Origin: an uncultured Aminicenantes bacterium
Lineage (GTDB): Bacteria > Acidobacteriota > Aminicenantia > UBA2199
Direction of reading: 5' to 3'
DNA length: 64,000 nt
NCBI GenBank assembly: GCA_965195285.1
Contig: CBDAFS010000061.1
Coordinates: forward strand, 12,458 to 76,457
Below, piece by piece: positions 1 to 8,635 of this stretch. The notes under the pieces were generated by a model. It did not search any database and was not told the origin of the DNA. It saw only the letters and a list, made by a program, of their open reading frames with translations. How positions within the stretch are numbered: position 1 is the stretch's first letter; every line of letters starts with the position of its first letter. The translations under genes were made by a program, and so were the position numbers.

Positions 1-80
1 GTAGAGGCAAGCGGCGGCTTGCCCTCAATATTGCACAAATATCGATATTTCAAGCCGGGCGAATTGCCATTCGCCCCTAC
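1..80. repeat. GTAG-type REP doublet (REPIN-like), copy 1; possibly truncated context at window edge
   Basis: GTAGAGGCAAGCGGCGGCTTGCCC...GGGCGAATTGCCATTCGCCCCTAC: two GTAG-tagged palindromes in inverted orientation; near-identical copy at 6377-6456. Confidence 0.85.
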
Positions 81-195
81 TGCAATCCTCTCACGACTAA
101 CGATTTATGCCTTTTGATTCACTCAACCCCCAGATCCCATATCCCAAATCCCTCTTAACCTTTGCCTGTTATTGAGATCAACAAACAAAAACTTG

Positions 196-214
196 TTTGT
201 CAACCCCTGTCCCC
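196..214 (-). repeat. GGGG-tagged array site 1 (GGGGACAGGGGTTGACAAA)
   Basis: Member of the TTTGTCAAGGCCTGNCCC direct-repeat family; 6 bp past the stop of CDS 221-1672. Confidence 0.75.
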
Positions 215-220
215 GATAAT

Positions 221-1672
221 TTACTGCTGGCTGTGGGTAAAATATATGATGCTTCCGGCTTTGGTAGTTAAATAAATATTACCTTCATAATCCAGAGTGA
301 TATCTCCGTAACCTGGCGGTATCTGAAGCGGAATTGAAGGCTCCCAGGTTGATCCACGATCAATTGAACGACGGTAAAAAGCTCCACCACCGGAGCGATA
401 GTAATAAAGGTTGACATTTCCTGCGTCATCTACGGCCAGTGCGGCCTGCAGAAAATAACTCGTATGATCTGCCAGGCTCATTACCCCCTGCCAGTTAAGT
501 CCGCCGTTATCGGATCTCCTGAACAAAATATGATATATATTGTTAATTTGTTCCTCCCAAATGATATATACAGCTCCCAACCTATCAACAGCAATATCAG
601 GATATCTGAACTCAACATCGTTGAAAGACAACATAATCGGATTTCCCCAACTTACTCCAAAGTCCGGAGAATGGTTAAAAAATATCTGGCTGGAATTAGA
701 AGTAAGACTAGAATCAAGCCATACTACAGAAACCCTTCCACCGGTATCCACAGCCATTCTCTCCAGTCTGGAATGTTCGGGAGTATTGCTTATATTTACA
801 GGTGCGCTCCAGCTACTTCCAGCATCGTCAGAATGAATAAAAAAGATATTGCACTCAGCAGTCAACATATAGCTGTTGAATACCACCGCAATTTTGTCAA
901 TATTATAGTTGTAAAGTCCAATATCGGAGTATTTGGCATAAATGGCAAAATTCCAGGTTAAATTAATCAGAGAACTCCAGGAATCACCCCGGTCAGTGGA
1001 GCGCAAAAAATATAGATCATAGAGGCCGTCTGAGGATGTTTGTCTGGCATAAACGATATTAATATTCGATGTATCAACTGCAATCGCGGGATAAAAGTTT
1101 CCCAAATTGCAAGGCTGGGGTAGCTCATGCATCTTAATCCAGGTTAATCCTAAATCTTCAGATCGAATAAAATACACATAACCTTCAAGGTCAACCGGAT
1201 CACATTCACCCCAGACAATATTTATATTTTTTTCAAGATCAACATCGATTTTTCCGTTTCTACTGATTGGACAATTCTGAGAAACCTGATCCGAGACCTT
1301 AAAATAATTGGGGAAATCATGCAGAAGCTTGACATTGAAATATAATGTACCGGATTTTTTACCGCTGACAGTGTCCCAGGCCACAACCGGAATGGACACT
1401 CCTCCGGTGGCAATATCCTGGAGAAAGATCCGGCACTGTAACTCTTCCTCGCTCATGACGACCGTTGATTTCTGGATTCCGTTAAAAACAATAACCGTGC
1501 TTTCTGTAAAATTTGCTCCGGTTGCTGTCAGAGTAAAATCGGGCATATGGTATACCTTGGTGTCCGGTGTTAAAGATGACAAGGTCAGCACCGTATTTGG
1601 ACAACTAACCAGAATTAACAATAAACCCAATCCAATAATAGACAATACAGCTTTATGCATTTTTCGCTTCAT
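221..1672 (-). CDS. Lipoprotein with IPT/TIG-like N-domain and BNR/Asp-box (sialidase-like) beta-propeller
   Basis: Lipobox LILVSC; repeated SxDxGxxW Asp boxes (SEDLGLTW, STDRGDSW, SDDAGSSW, SPDFGVSW, SDNGGLNW, SIDRGSTW); paralog of 3138-4604. Confidence 0.8.
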   Translation of the reverse strand: MKRKMHKAVLSIIGLGLLLILVSCPNTVLTLSSLTPDTKVYHMPDFTLTATGANFTESTVIVFNGIQKSTVVMSEEELQCRIFLQDIATGGVSIPVVAWDTVSGKKSGTLYFNVKLLHDFPNYFKVSDQVSQNCPISRNGKIDVDLEKNINIVWGECDPVDLEGYVYFIRSEDLGLTWIKMHELPQPCNLGNFYPAIAVDTSNINIVYARQTSSDGLYDLYFLRSTDRGDSWSSLINLTWNFAIYAKYSDIGLYNYNIDKIAVVFNSYMLTAECNIFFIHSDDAGSSWSAPVNISNTPEHSRLERMAVDTGGRVSVVWLDSSLTSNSSQIFFNHSPDFGVSWGNPIMLSFNDVEFRYPDIAVDRLGAVYIIWEEQINNIYHILFRRSDNGGLNWQGVMSLADHTSYFLQAALAVDDAGNVNLYYYRSGGGAFYRRSIDRGSTWEPSIPLQIPPGYGDITLDYEGNIYLTTKAGSIIYFTHSQQ

Positions 1673-1740
1673 TTTGATTCCCCCTATATAAATATTAAGT
1701 TAATTCCTGTTTGTTTCAAAAAAAATATATCCTGCACTCC

Positions 1741-1809
1741 ACCTTTATCTTTACCTTTACCTGAGATTTAGGTCATAGAGCATGATATCATTTGTCAAGG
1801 CCTGACCTT
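1741..1809. repeat. (TTTACC)n module plus array site 2 (1791-1809)
   Basis: ACCTTTATCTTTACCTTTACCTGAGATT is identical at 4675-4702; followed by TTTGTCAAGGCCTGACC, 5 bp from the stop of CDS 1815-2909. Confidence 0.8.
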
Positions 1810-1814
1810 GATAT

Positions 1815-2909
1815 CTAATAAGGCTTAAAGGCGATGCCTAAGATTTTATCCGGTGATGCCGGAAATGTGGTGACCAGTGACCAGTTTATCCCGTCAATGG
1901 AATCCATAACCAACCCCTCACCGGAAGCAGTATACCCGATTGCAACAAATTTGTTTCCTCCAAAAACAACATCATTTATACCAAAACCACCTGCGATAGC
2001 TGGGGCAGTTCCTTCCTGCCAGGTAATCCCTCCATTAAGGGAATACCAGACCAATCCTTGCCCAGTAATCACCCATTTTCCATTGCCATAGGCCACTCCC
2101 ATCAAATGTTCAACTAAATCTGTTGCCGGAGTTGCTGCTGTCCAGCCGGCTCCATTGTCTGAATAAACAATGGTCGCAAACATTCCAACCGCAACAAAGC
2201 GGCCGTTTCCATATCCTACTCCCCATAAGGTCTCAGAGGTCCTTCCTGAAGAAGCCCCATACCAGTTATCCCCTCCGTCCTGGGACCAGATAATATTGTG
2301 TACGATTACCGGGGGATTAATGTCCGGTGGCTGAGGATCTACATCGCCCACCGCCACAAAACGGCTTACGCTATTTCCCTGTATAACCACTGTACCGAAA
2401 GCGACCATATTTAAATCCGTTGTTGTTTGGGTATCCGAAGCCAGAGTCCAGTCAACCCCGCCGTTGGTAGAAAAATAAGCCATACCGTCAGTCCCAACCG
2501 CCACGTAATGGGCGACCCAGGGCTGGGTCCAGGTATTGCTTTCTCCGCCGGCAATACCCCAAAAAACTCCACACCCATAAGTATTTCCCCGGGTCCAGGT
2601 CATGCCATCCTCAGAAAAATACACACCCTTATCTGAACCCACCGCAACAAAGCGGTCATAATAATAGGTTATATTGGTTAAAGACGAATCGTTAACATAA
2701 TAACTATTGGTACTATCCCAGACCGTCCCATCTTCCGAGCTTTGCAGTACGCCGCTATCAACATTGATTTGACCGGAAACACCGCTAACAATGACAAAAT
2801 GGACTTCAAAATCATCCCCCGGATCGCAGGCTGAAAATAAAAAACAACAGGTCACACTAAAAACGATTAGAATATACTTAATAAAACCGTAATTTTTAAT
2901 TTTTCCCAT
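1815..2909 (-). CDS. Lipoprotein, WD40/YVTN/BNR-like repeat beta-propeller
   Basis: Lipobox LFSAC; repeats FVAVG..SxDGxxW / GVAYGNG. Confidence 0.75.
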   Translation of the reverse strand: MGKIKNYGFIKYILIVFSVTCCFLFSACDPGDDFEVHFVIVSGVSGQINVDSGVLQSSEDGTVWDSTNSYYVNDSSLTNITYYYDRFVAVGSDKGVYFSEDGMTWTRGNTYGCGVFWGIAGGESNTWTQPWVAHYVAVGTDGMAYFSTNGGVDWTLASDTQTTTDLNMVAFGTVVIQGNSVSRFVAVGDVDPQPPDINPPVIVHNIIWSQDGGDNWYGASSGRTSETLWGVGYGNGRFVAVGMFATIVYSDNGAGWTAATPATDLVEHLMGVAYGNGKWVITGQGLVWYSLNGGITWQEGTAPAIAGGFGINDVVFGGNKFVAIGYTASGEGLVMDSIDGINWSLVTTFPASPDKILGIAFKPY

Positions 2910-3030
2910 ATTTCCCTCCCTTTCTTTTTATTATAAATAAAATAAAGCAATTTTTCAACAAGAATGAAATAGACGCCACTCCTTTATTGAATAAAAAAGC
3001 AGCGACCGTCCCACACCCTCACATCCCATG

Positions 3031-3133
3031 TTTGTCAAGGCCTGGCCCTGCTGGGTGAATGAGTCAATGGGCGGATGGGTTAAAACTGAGGTTAAGTTCA
3101 ATGAGCACGATTCTATTTGTCAAGCCCTGACCC
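3031..3133. repeat. Array sites 3 (3031-3048) and 4 (3116-3133) enclosing an (AATGGGT/GAGT)-repeat module
   Basis: Two direct copies of TTTGTCAAG(G/C)CCTG(G/A)CCC; the internal 3052-3096 matches 4757-4801 at 43/45. Confidence 0.8.
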
Positions 3134-3137
3134 TTTT

Positions 3138-4604
3138 TTACTGCTGGCTGTATATAAAATAGATGGAGTTACCGCTCACGATAGTCAAATAAATATTTCC
3201 TTCATCATCCAGAGTGATGTCACCGCTGCCCGGTGGCGGCAACGGCATAGAGATCGCCGGTTCCCAGTTTCTGCCGCGATCAATTGAACGCCTGAAAAAA
3301 CAGCCGTCGCTATTGTAGTAATACAAATTTACATTTCCGGCAGTGTCGGCGGCAATGACTGCCTGCATCGAATTACTCGAATTTTCTGCAAGGCTCACCG
3401 GTGCTGTCCAGGTATTGCCGTCATCATCCGAATGTCTAAATGAAACAGTGTATATATTATTATCTCCTTTCTGTTCCACCCATACCGCATAAACACACCC
3501 GGGCTCTCCGACTTCGACATCGGGGTATCTGAATTCAACAGGGTTGTAAGACAGCAACATCGGATTTCCCCAGGTTGCTCCAAAATCCGGAGAATGATTA
3601 AAGAATGTTTCTTTAGAATTAGTACCGGAAATATTATCCAGCCACACCACATAAATTTCTCCCCCGGTATCTACAGCCATTCTTTCCAGCCTGGAATGTT
3701 CCGCAGTATCGTTTACTTTTACCGGCAAACTCCACGAAGCTCCGCTGTTACTGGAATGGACAAAATAGATGTCGCATTGGGCACTCCACATATAGCTGTT
3801 GAATACCACCGCTATATTTTCAACATTATTGTATTCGCTAATTTTAATATCGGAATATTTGGCATAACTTGTATATCCCGATGTCACATTCAGGGGAACG
3901 GTCCAGTGGATTCCCTCCCCCTCCTGGGAGCGCAAAAAATACAGGTCATAGGTGCCGTCTGAGGTTGTCTGCTTGGCATAAACGATATTAATATTCAACG
4001 ATCTGTCAACTGCAATCGCAGGATAAAAGTTGCCCAAATTCGCAGGCTGGGGTATCTCCTGGCTATTGATCCAGGTTAATCCTAAATCTTCCGAACGAAT
4101 AAAATAGACATAACCTTCCCCATCAGGCGGTTGGCCTTCCTCCCAGACAACGTTGACGTTTTTTTCATAATCCACTGCAATTTTAGCGCTGCGAGTGATA
4201 GGGCAATATTGGGAAAGGCTTGAGCTTGCCCGTACAGGACCGGAAAACGTATGCACCTGCTCGACCCTAAAGTACAAGGTATTGGATTCATTACCGCTGA
4301 CTGTATCTCTTACCACAACCTGGAGGGACGCCCCCCCGATGGCAATATCCTGGGGATAGATCTGGCAATTTAACTCTGTGCTGCTCACAAAGACCGTTGT
4401 TTTCTGGATTCCGTCAAAAACAATAACCGTATCCGATGAAAAATCAGTCCCGGTAGCTGTCAGGGTAAATTCGGGCATATGGTATACCTTTGTGTCCGGT
4501 GTCAACAATGACAGGGTCGGCACCGGATTGGGACAATTTATCAAAACAATAACCAAACTCAACCAGAATAAAGATAGAAAAATCTTTTTAATTTTTGTTT
4601 TCAT
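3138..4604 (-). CDS. Lipoprotein with IPT/TIG-like N-domain and BNR/Asp-box beta-propeller (paralog of 221-1672)
   Basis: Lipobox VLINC; shared blocks such as TPDTKVYHMP, EGYVYFIRSEDLGLTWI, EHSRLERMAVDTGG. Confidence 0.8.
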   Translation of the reverse strand: MKTKIKKIFLSLFWLSLVIVLINCPNPVPTLSLLTPDTKVYHMPEFTLTATGTDFSSDTVIVFDGIQKTTVFVSSTELNCQIYPQDIAIGGASLQVVVRDTVSGNESNTLYFRVEQVHTFSGPVRASSSLSQYCPITRSAKIAVDYEKNVNVVWEEGQPPDGEGYVYFIRSEDLGLTWINSQEIPQPANLGNFYPAIAVDRSLNINIVYAKQTTSDGTYDLYFLRSQEGEGIHWTVPLNVTSGYTSYAKYSDIKISEYNNVENIAVVFNSYMWSAQCDIYFVHSSNSGASWSLPVKVNDTAEHSRLERMAVDTGGEIYVVWLDNISGTNSKETFFNHSPDFGATWGNPMLLSYNPVEFRYPDVEVGEPGCVYAVWVEQKGDNNIYTVSFRHSDDDGNTWTAPVSLAENSSNSMQAVIAADTAGNVNLYYYNSDGCFFRRSIDRGRNWEPAISMPLPPPGSGDITLDDEGNIYLTIVSGNSIYFIYSQQ

Positions 4605-4670
4605 TCTTTCCTCCCCAATGAATAATAATAATGTAAATCCTATATAATAACAACAATAAAACGTTCTTCA

Positions 4671-4822
4671 CTTTACCTTTATCTTTACCTTTACCTGAGA
4701 TTAAGGATCACAGAGCATAAAACCATTTGTCAAGGCCTGGCCCCAGAAGAGGTCGATGGGTGAATGAGTCAATGAGTGGATGGGTTAAAACTGAGGTTAA
4801 GGTAAAGGCTGAGGTGAAGTAA
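4671..4822. repeat. (TTTACC)n module + array site 5 (4726-4744) + AATGGGT module + GGTAAA repeats
   Basis: Direct sequence matches to 1741-1809, 3052-3096 and 7921-7990. Confidence 0.8.
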
Positions 4823-4909
4823 GAAATCGATTCGTAACTCCAATTCAGTACTTGAATTTTTTTTATTGAAATGATATAAAGAAATCAGAGAATAACTTGG
4901 GAGGGGAAA

Positions 4910-5923
4910 ATGAATTTAAAATTTTTCGTAGTTGTAATTTTGAGCTTTTTATTGATATGCTGCTCAACAATTGATTCGGAAGAGAATGATGAACCACAGG
5001 TGTCAACATCAAAGGTTGTGGTATTTGATAATTTTGATCCGGATTACAACAATCCGCCATTCGGGGATAAAGTAACCATCATGAACACAGATGGGCTTGT
5101 CGAAAACACAATTACCGGATTCAATAATTGCCAGAATGTCGGCGGTAACCGGGTACTATCGGTTTCCGATGATGGTCAGAGCTTTGTCGTCTGCGAAATG
5201 GTGACCTACAGCGATCAAAAAATATCCAAGTATGATATTTCCGGAAACCTGATTCTCAGTATCCCAGGAAATTTCACCTCGGTCAGTATGCATGACAACT
5301 TCATATATGCGTTCAGCGGCCATACCATTTCTGTATACACGATGTACAAAATTGATGCATCCGGCAATATTATTATCCAAAATGAAGTGGGGCAATTTGA
5401 CCATGTTGTCGATCCGATAAACGAGGTTTTGTGGACCGTTGGCGGCCTAATCTTAAAAGCAGATCTGAATCTGAATGAACTGATGAGGACTGATCCCATA
5501 AACTGGTGTGCCGTCTCGGTTGATGTGAATACGGATGGTTCGATATGGGTGGCTGAAAGAAAACATCCTGAAGTGGCAGGAAGCGAGAACAGGTTATTGA
5601 AGATTTCCCCCTCTGGCGAAACCCTTCAGGTAATTGATCAGGATTCATATCCGATGTGTATACGCGTCAATAAATCCACCGGTAATTTCTGGGCAACCGG
5701 AGAATTTGGACTAAAAAAATTCGATCCGCTCGGCAATGAAATCATTTCAATTACCGAACTTAGAGGCTTTACCATTGCCATTGATCCTTTTGACAATTCA
5801 ATTTGGGTAGGATGTTGGGGTAATGTTCGGCACTATTCCAGTGACGGTTTGCAACTTGGTATTTATACCGATGGATTTTCAATTGATGATCAGAAACGGG
5901 TAGGCATAGCCGTCTCCAATTGA
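4910..5923 (+). CDS. Lipoprotein, NHL/YVTN-like beta-propeller
   Basis: RBS GGAGG; lipobox LLICC; repeats such as VDVNTDGSIWVA and IAIDPFDNSIWVG. Confidence 0.7.
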   Translation: MNLKFFVVVILSFLLICCSTIDSEENDEPQVSTSKVVVFDNFDPDYNNPPFGDKVTIMNTDGLVENTITGFNNCQNVGGNRVLSVSDDGQSFVVCEMVTYSDQKISKYDISGNLILSIPGNFTSVSMHDNFIYAFSGHTISVYTMYKIDASGNIIIQNEVGQFDHVVDPINEVLWTVGGLILKADLNLNELMRTDPINWCAVSVDVNTDGSIWVAERKHPEVAGSENRLLKISPSGETLQVIDQDSYPMCIRVNKSTGNFWATGEFGLKKFDPLGNEIISITELRGFTIAIDPFDNSIWVGCWGNVRHYSSDGLQLGIYTDGFSIDDQKRVGIAVSN

Positions 5924-5934
5924 TAAAATGATGA

Positions 5935-5950
5935 TCAGGTCTTTCATTAT
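5935..5950 (+). repeat. Copy of the core of the HUH-transposase terminal inverted repeat
   Basis: TCAGGTCTTTCATTAT vs TCAGTTCTTTCATTAT at 34675-34690 (15/16); 11 bp past the stop of CDS 4910-5923. Confidence 0.65.
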
Positions 5951-6009
5951 TGACATGAGTGGCTGAGAGCTGAGAGGATAAGAAGTTCTGAAGTCAAGAA
6001 CAAAACAAC

Positions 6010-6130
6010 TTGTTATTCAGTTGTAATTCAATAGTAACTCATAGTAATTCAGTTGTCATAAATAGTTTTTACAATAGAATTACCATGAATAACGCGAGTG
6101 CAACGAGCAAATTACCACGAATTACCATTC
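6010..6130. repeat. Imperfect ~12-bp tandem repeats in inverted arrangement (GTAATTCA... / ...GAATTACCA)
   Basis: ttgttattcagttgtaattcaatagtaactcatagtaattcagttg followed by gaattaccat/aaattaccac/gaattaccat. Confidence 0.55.
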
Positions 6131-6273
6131 ACGGCTTACGCCTTACGACTCACGATTTTTGCTTCTTGATTCACAAGCCCCCAACCCCTAAATCCCAAAT
6201 CCCGCTTTACCTTTACCTCAGATTAAGGGGGGTAGTCATTAGGGTCGGTTCTTGAATCTTGAATTTGATTCAA

Positions 6274-6561
6274 TTTGTCAAGGCCTGGCACTTTGGGTAA
6301 ATGGGAACATGAGTCAATGGGTGGATGGGTTAAGGACTAGGAAAAGGTATAGGTTTAGGTAAAGAGAAATTGAAATGTAGGGGCAAGCGGCGGCTTGCCC
6401 TCAATATTGCATAAATATCGATATTTCAAGCCGGGCGAATTACCATTCGCCCCTACAGCTTCTCATCAACACATCTACCCATCTTCCAATTCACGAGTCA
6501 GCAAAATATCATTGCTGGGTGCAGGTGGCTTGATGCTGAGGTAAAGGCAAATGTAAAGTAA
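6274..6561. repeat. ~290-bp composite repeat, copy A (site 6 + AATGGGT module + GGTAAA module + REP doublet 6377-6456 + CCCATC module + GGTAAA module)
   Basis: Colinear with 7932-8191. Confidence 0.75.
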
Positions 6562-6574
6562 AATCGCCCTCTTC

Positions 6575-7009
6575 TTAGATTTTTGTTGCTGTCCAGGTTC
6601 CTGATTCAGCACCACCACAACCGACTCCTCCTGTATAACTTATTGTCATTGTTCCATTCATGGAGGTGTCAGAGATTGAAGTTCCATCCCAGATCCAAAC
6701 AACATGACAGGGTTCATCATTATAAAAATCCCAATTTACCTGAACCGTGTTGCAATCGCTAACCGTGTAGATACCTGCATTGCCCTCGACGTATTTCATT
6801 CCGCTGACAGTACCGCCGGTTGAACTTCCGGAAAAGGTAAGAGTATGATTATCAGGCCAAACTTCTGCATCATCCCAATCCCAGAGCACAGTAACATTCC
6901 AGGTTCCGGTAATATCGAATGTACAGTCATCGGCAGTTGAACAACCCGGATGATAAACCAACCCTAAAAAAACAATAAAATAGAGTAAAACCCTAAGCGT
7001 TAATTTCAT
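6575..7009 (-). CDS. Small lipoprotein of the 'DITGTW' beta-barrel family (lipocalin/avidin-like fold inferred)
   Basis: RBS GGAGGAG before MKLTLR; Cys after hydrophobic signal; FDITGTW...MNGTM...SGTWTATK shared with 9542-9949 and 28416-28790. Confidence 0.7.
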   Translation of the reverse strand: MKLTLRVLLYFIVFLGLVYHPGCSTADDCTFDITGTWNVTVLWDWDDAEVWPDNHTLTFSGSSTGGTVSGMKYVEGNAGIYTVSDCNTVQVNWDFYNDEPCHVVWIWDGTSISDTSMNGTMTISYTGGVGCGGAESGTWTATKI

Positions 7010-7214
7010 TTCTCCTCCTCCAGGCAATAATTTGATTACCTGCAAACACATTCCAAAATACTTACAATCCTATTTTAATTAATCAACAATAATTTTTCAA
7101 GTACAGAAAAACAGAATCGCCAATGGTCAATGGGGTCAGTGAATCTCCTACTTCTATATATTTATTACGTTTTTCTAAAAATAAATGGATAAAGAAATCC
7201 GGGTAGAAGTAACC

Positions 7215-7242
7215 TTGACAATCCGGGATTAAAGGTGATAAT
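7215..7242 (+). promoter_or_regulatory. Putative sigma70 promoter for the EamA gene
   Basis: TTGACA-N16-GATAAT, followed by RBS GGAGG upstream of 7282. Confidence 0.45.
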
Positions 7243-7281
7243 GATTATCTTATATCAAATCAATAACGGAGGAAAACTGAA

Positions 7282-7728
7282 ATGCCTTTATATATCCTTT
7301 ATGCGGTTTTGGCCGGGATTGCCTGGGGTGTTGGCGGTTATTTTGAAAAAACGGGTTTAAAGGAAATCGGACTTCCGCCAATTGTCGGAATCGCCCTGCG
7401 GACAGCAGTTGCCCTGATTATCCTGGGACTGCTTTCCATTCCTGCCTGGCAAGCCATAAACAAATCCGCGGGCATCAAATCCTGGCTGATGATTATCATC
7501 GGGGGCGGGATTATTGCCGGCAGCCTGGGAATGTGGTGTTTTTATTCCTCCCTGTCGCTCTCGGATAACCTGGGAATCACACTGGCCATTGCCTTTGCCT
7601 TCTCCCCCATTGCCGGGACCGTCACCGGCCTGCTCAAGGGCAATCAGCACATGGATCTGAAAACCGGCCTGGGACTGATTTCAATTGTTTTCGGGATTAT
7701 CCTCATCCAGCTCTCCCATAAAACATAG
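7282..7728 (+). CDS. Single-domain EamA/DMT family membrane transporter
   Basis: 5 TM helices, AGIAWGVGGYFEKTGL motif. Confidence 0.75.
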   Translation: MPLYILYAVLAGIAWGVGGYFEKTGLKEIGLPPIVGIALRTAVALIILGLLSIPAWQAINKSAGIKSWLMIIIGGGIIAGSLGMWCFYSSLSLSDNLGITLAIAFAFSPIAGTVTGLLKGNQHMDLKTGLGLISIVFGIILIQLSHKT

Positions 7729-7931
7729 AATCCCATCAGACCATATCTAACTTTATTTGGCCTGCATTGCAAAAGTAAAGGCATGGCACCATTAGCTAAA
7801 TGAGTCTATGGGTCAATGGGTGGACGGGGGAGAAATTGTAATAGATCCGTTTGTTGACGTCCTGCCTTCCCCATCTACCCATTCACTCTTCTTCCCATTT
7901 ACGAGTTAAAGATTCAGTACAATAAAACCAT

Positions 7932-8191
7932 TATGTAAAGGCATGTCCCCCCAGAGGTCGATGGGGGAATGAGTCAATGAGTAAATGGGTTAATGGGTGA
8001 ATGAGTTAAGGACCAGGAAAAGGTATAGGTTAAGGTAAAGTGAAAAATGGACAGGTAGGGGCAAACGGCGGGTTGACGGGCGAATTGCCATTCGCCCCTA
8101 CAGCCTCCCATCAACTCATCTTCTCATCTACTAGTTAGAAGAATTCTGCTGCTGGAAGCTGGTGGCTGAGGTAAAGGTAAAGGTAAAGTAA
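7932..8191. repeat. Composite repeat copy B with internally deleted REP doublet (8055-8101)
   Basis: Colinear with 6274-6561; begins with degenerate site 8, TATGTAAAGGCATGTCCCC. Confidence 0.7.
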
Positions 8192-8246
8192 CATTTATCC
8201 TTATGCTCCATCTTCAAGCTGCAAAACACATGACCTGATTGCTTTT

Positions 8247-8504
8247 TTATTTCTTATAGATAATCTTGAAAATAAACAAGGTGAGGGCCAGTAAGAATTC
8301 GATTATTCCGAAAACAGCCAGCGGTACAATCCTATTCACTATCCCATAAACCACCCATAGAGACAATCCGGACATCAATATGACGGTCCAGACCGTGGAA
8401 ATATCCCTGGCCGATCTTGTTCTCCAGGTTTTTATTACCTGTGGAGACAAGGAGACAGCTACCAAAAAACCGGCAATATACCCAACAATCTCAATCTTAT
8501 ACAT
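8247..8504 (-). CDS. SemiSWEET / PQ-loop (MtN3) family transporter
   Basis: IVGYIAGFL..SLSPQVIKTWRTRSARDIS motif, 3 TM; start moved to MYKIE. Confidence 0.85.
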   Translation of the reverse strand: MYKIEIVGYIAGFLVAVSLSPQVIKTWRTRSARDISTVWTVILMSGLSLWVVYGIVNRIVPLAVFGIIEFLLALTLFIFKIIYKK

Positions 8505-8635
8505 TGTTTTAATTCCCCTTTTTTGTGTAATCCTCAATTTCGGCTTATTTCCACTCATTATACCAGACTGTAAGTTTGGAATCTAATAAAATATTGTCAA
8601 GGGATACCAGATTTAATTTTTTTAGCAAAACCCTA

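Noticed and set aside
221-4604. Diversity-generating retroelement TR/VR pair between the two BNR paralogs
   Set aside because: Differences are spread over the whole genes and are not adenine-specific; no reverse transcriptase is present.
1791-4744. TTGACA within the array sites as functional -35 promoters
   Set aside because: No convincing -10 hexamer lies 16-18 bp downstream in the copies I checked (sites 2, 4, 5).
6010-6255. 81-aa ORF
   Set aside because: Runs entirely through tandem-repeat DNA, TTG start with no RBS; likely spurious.
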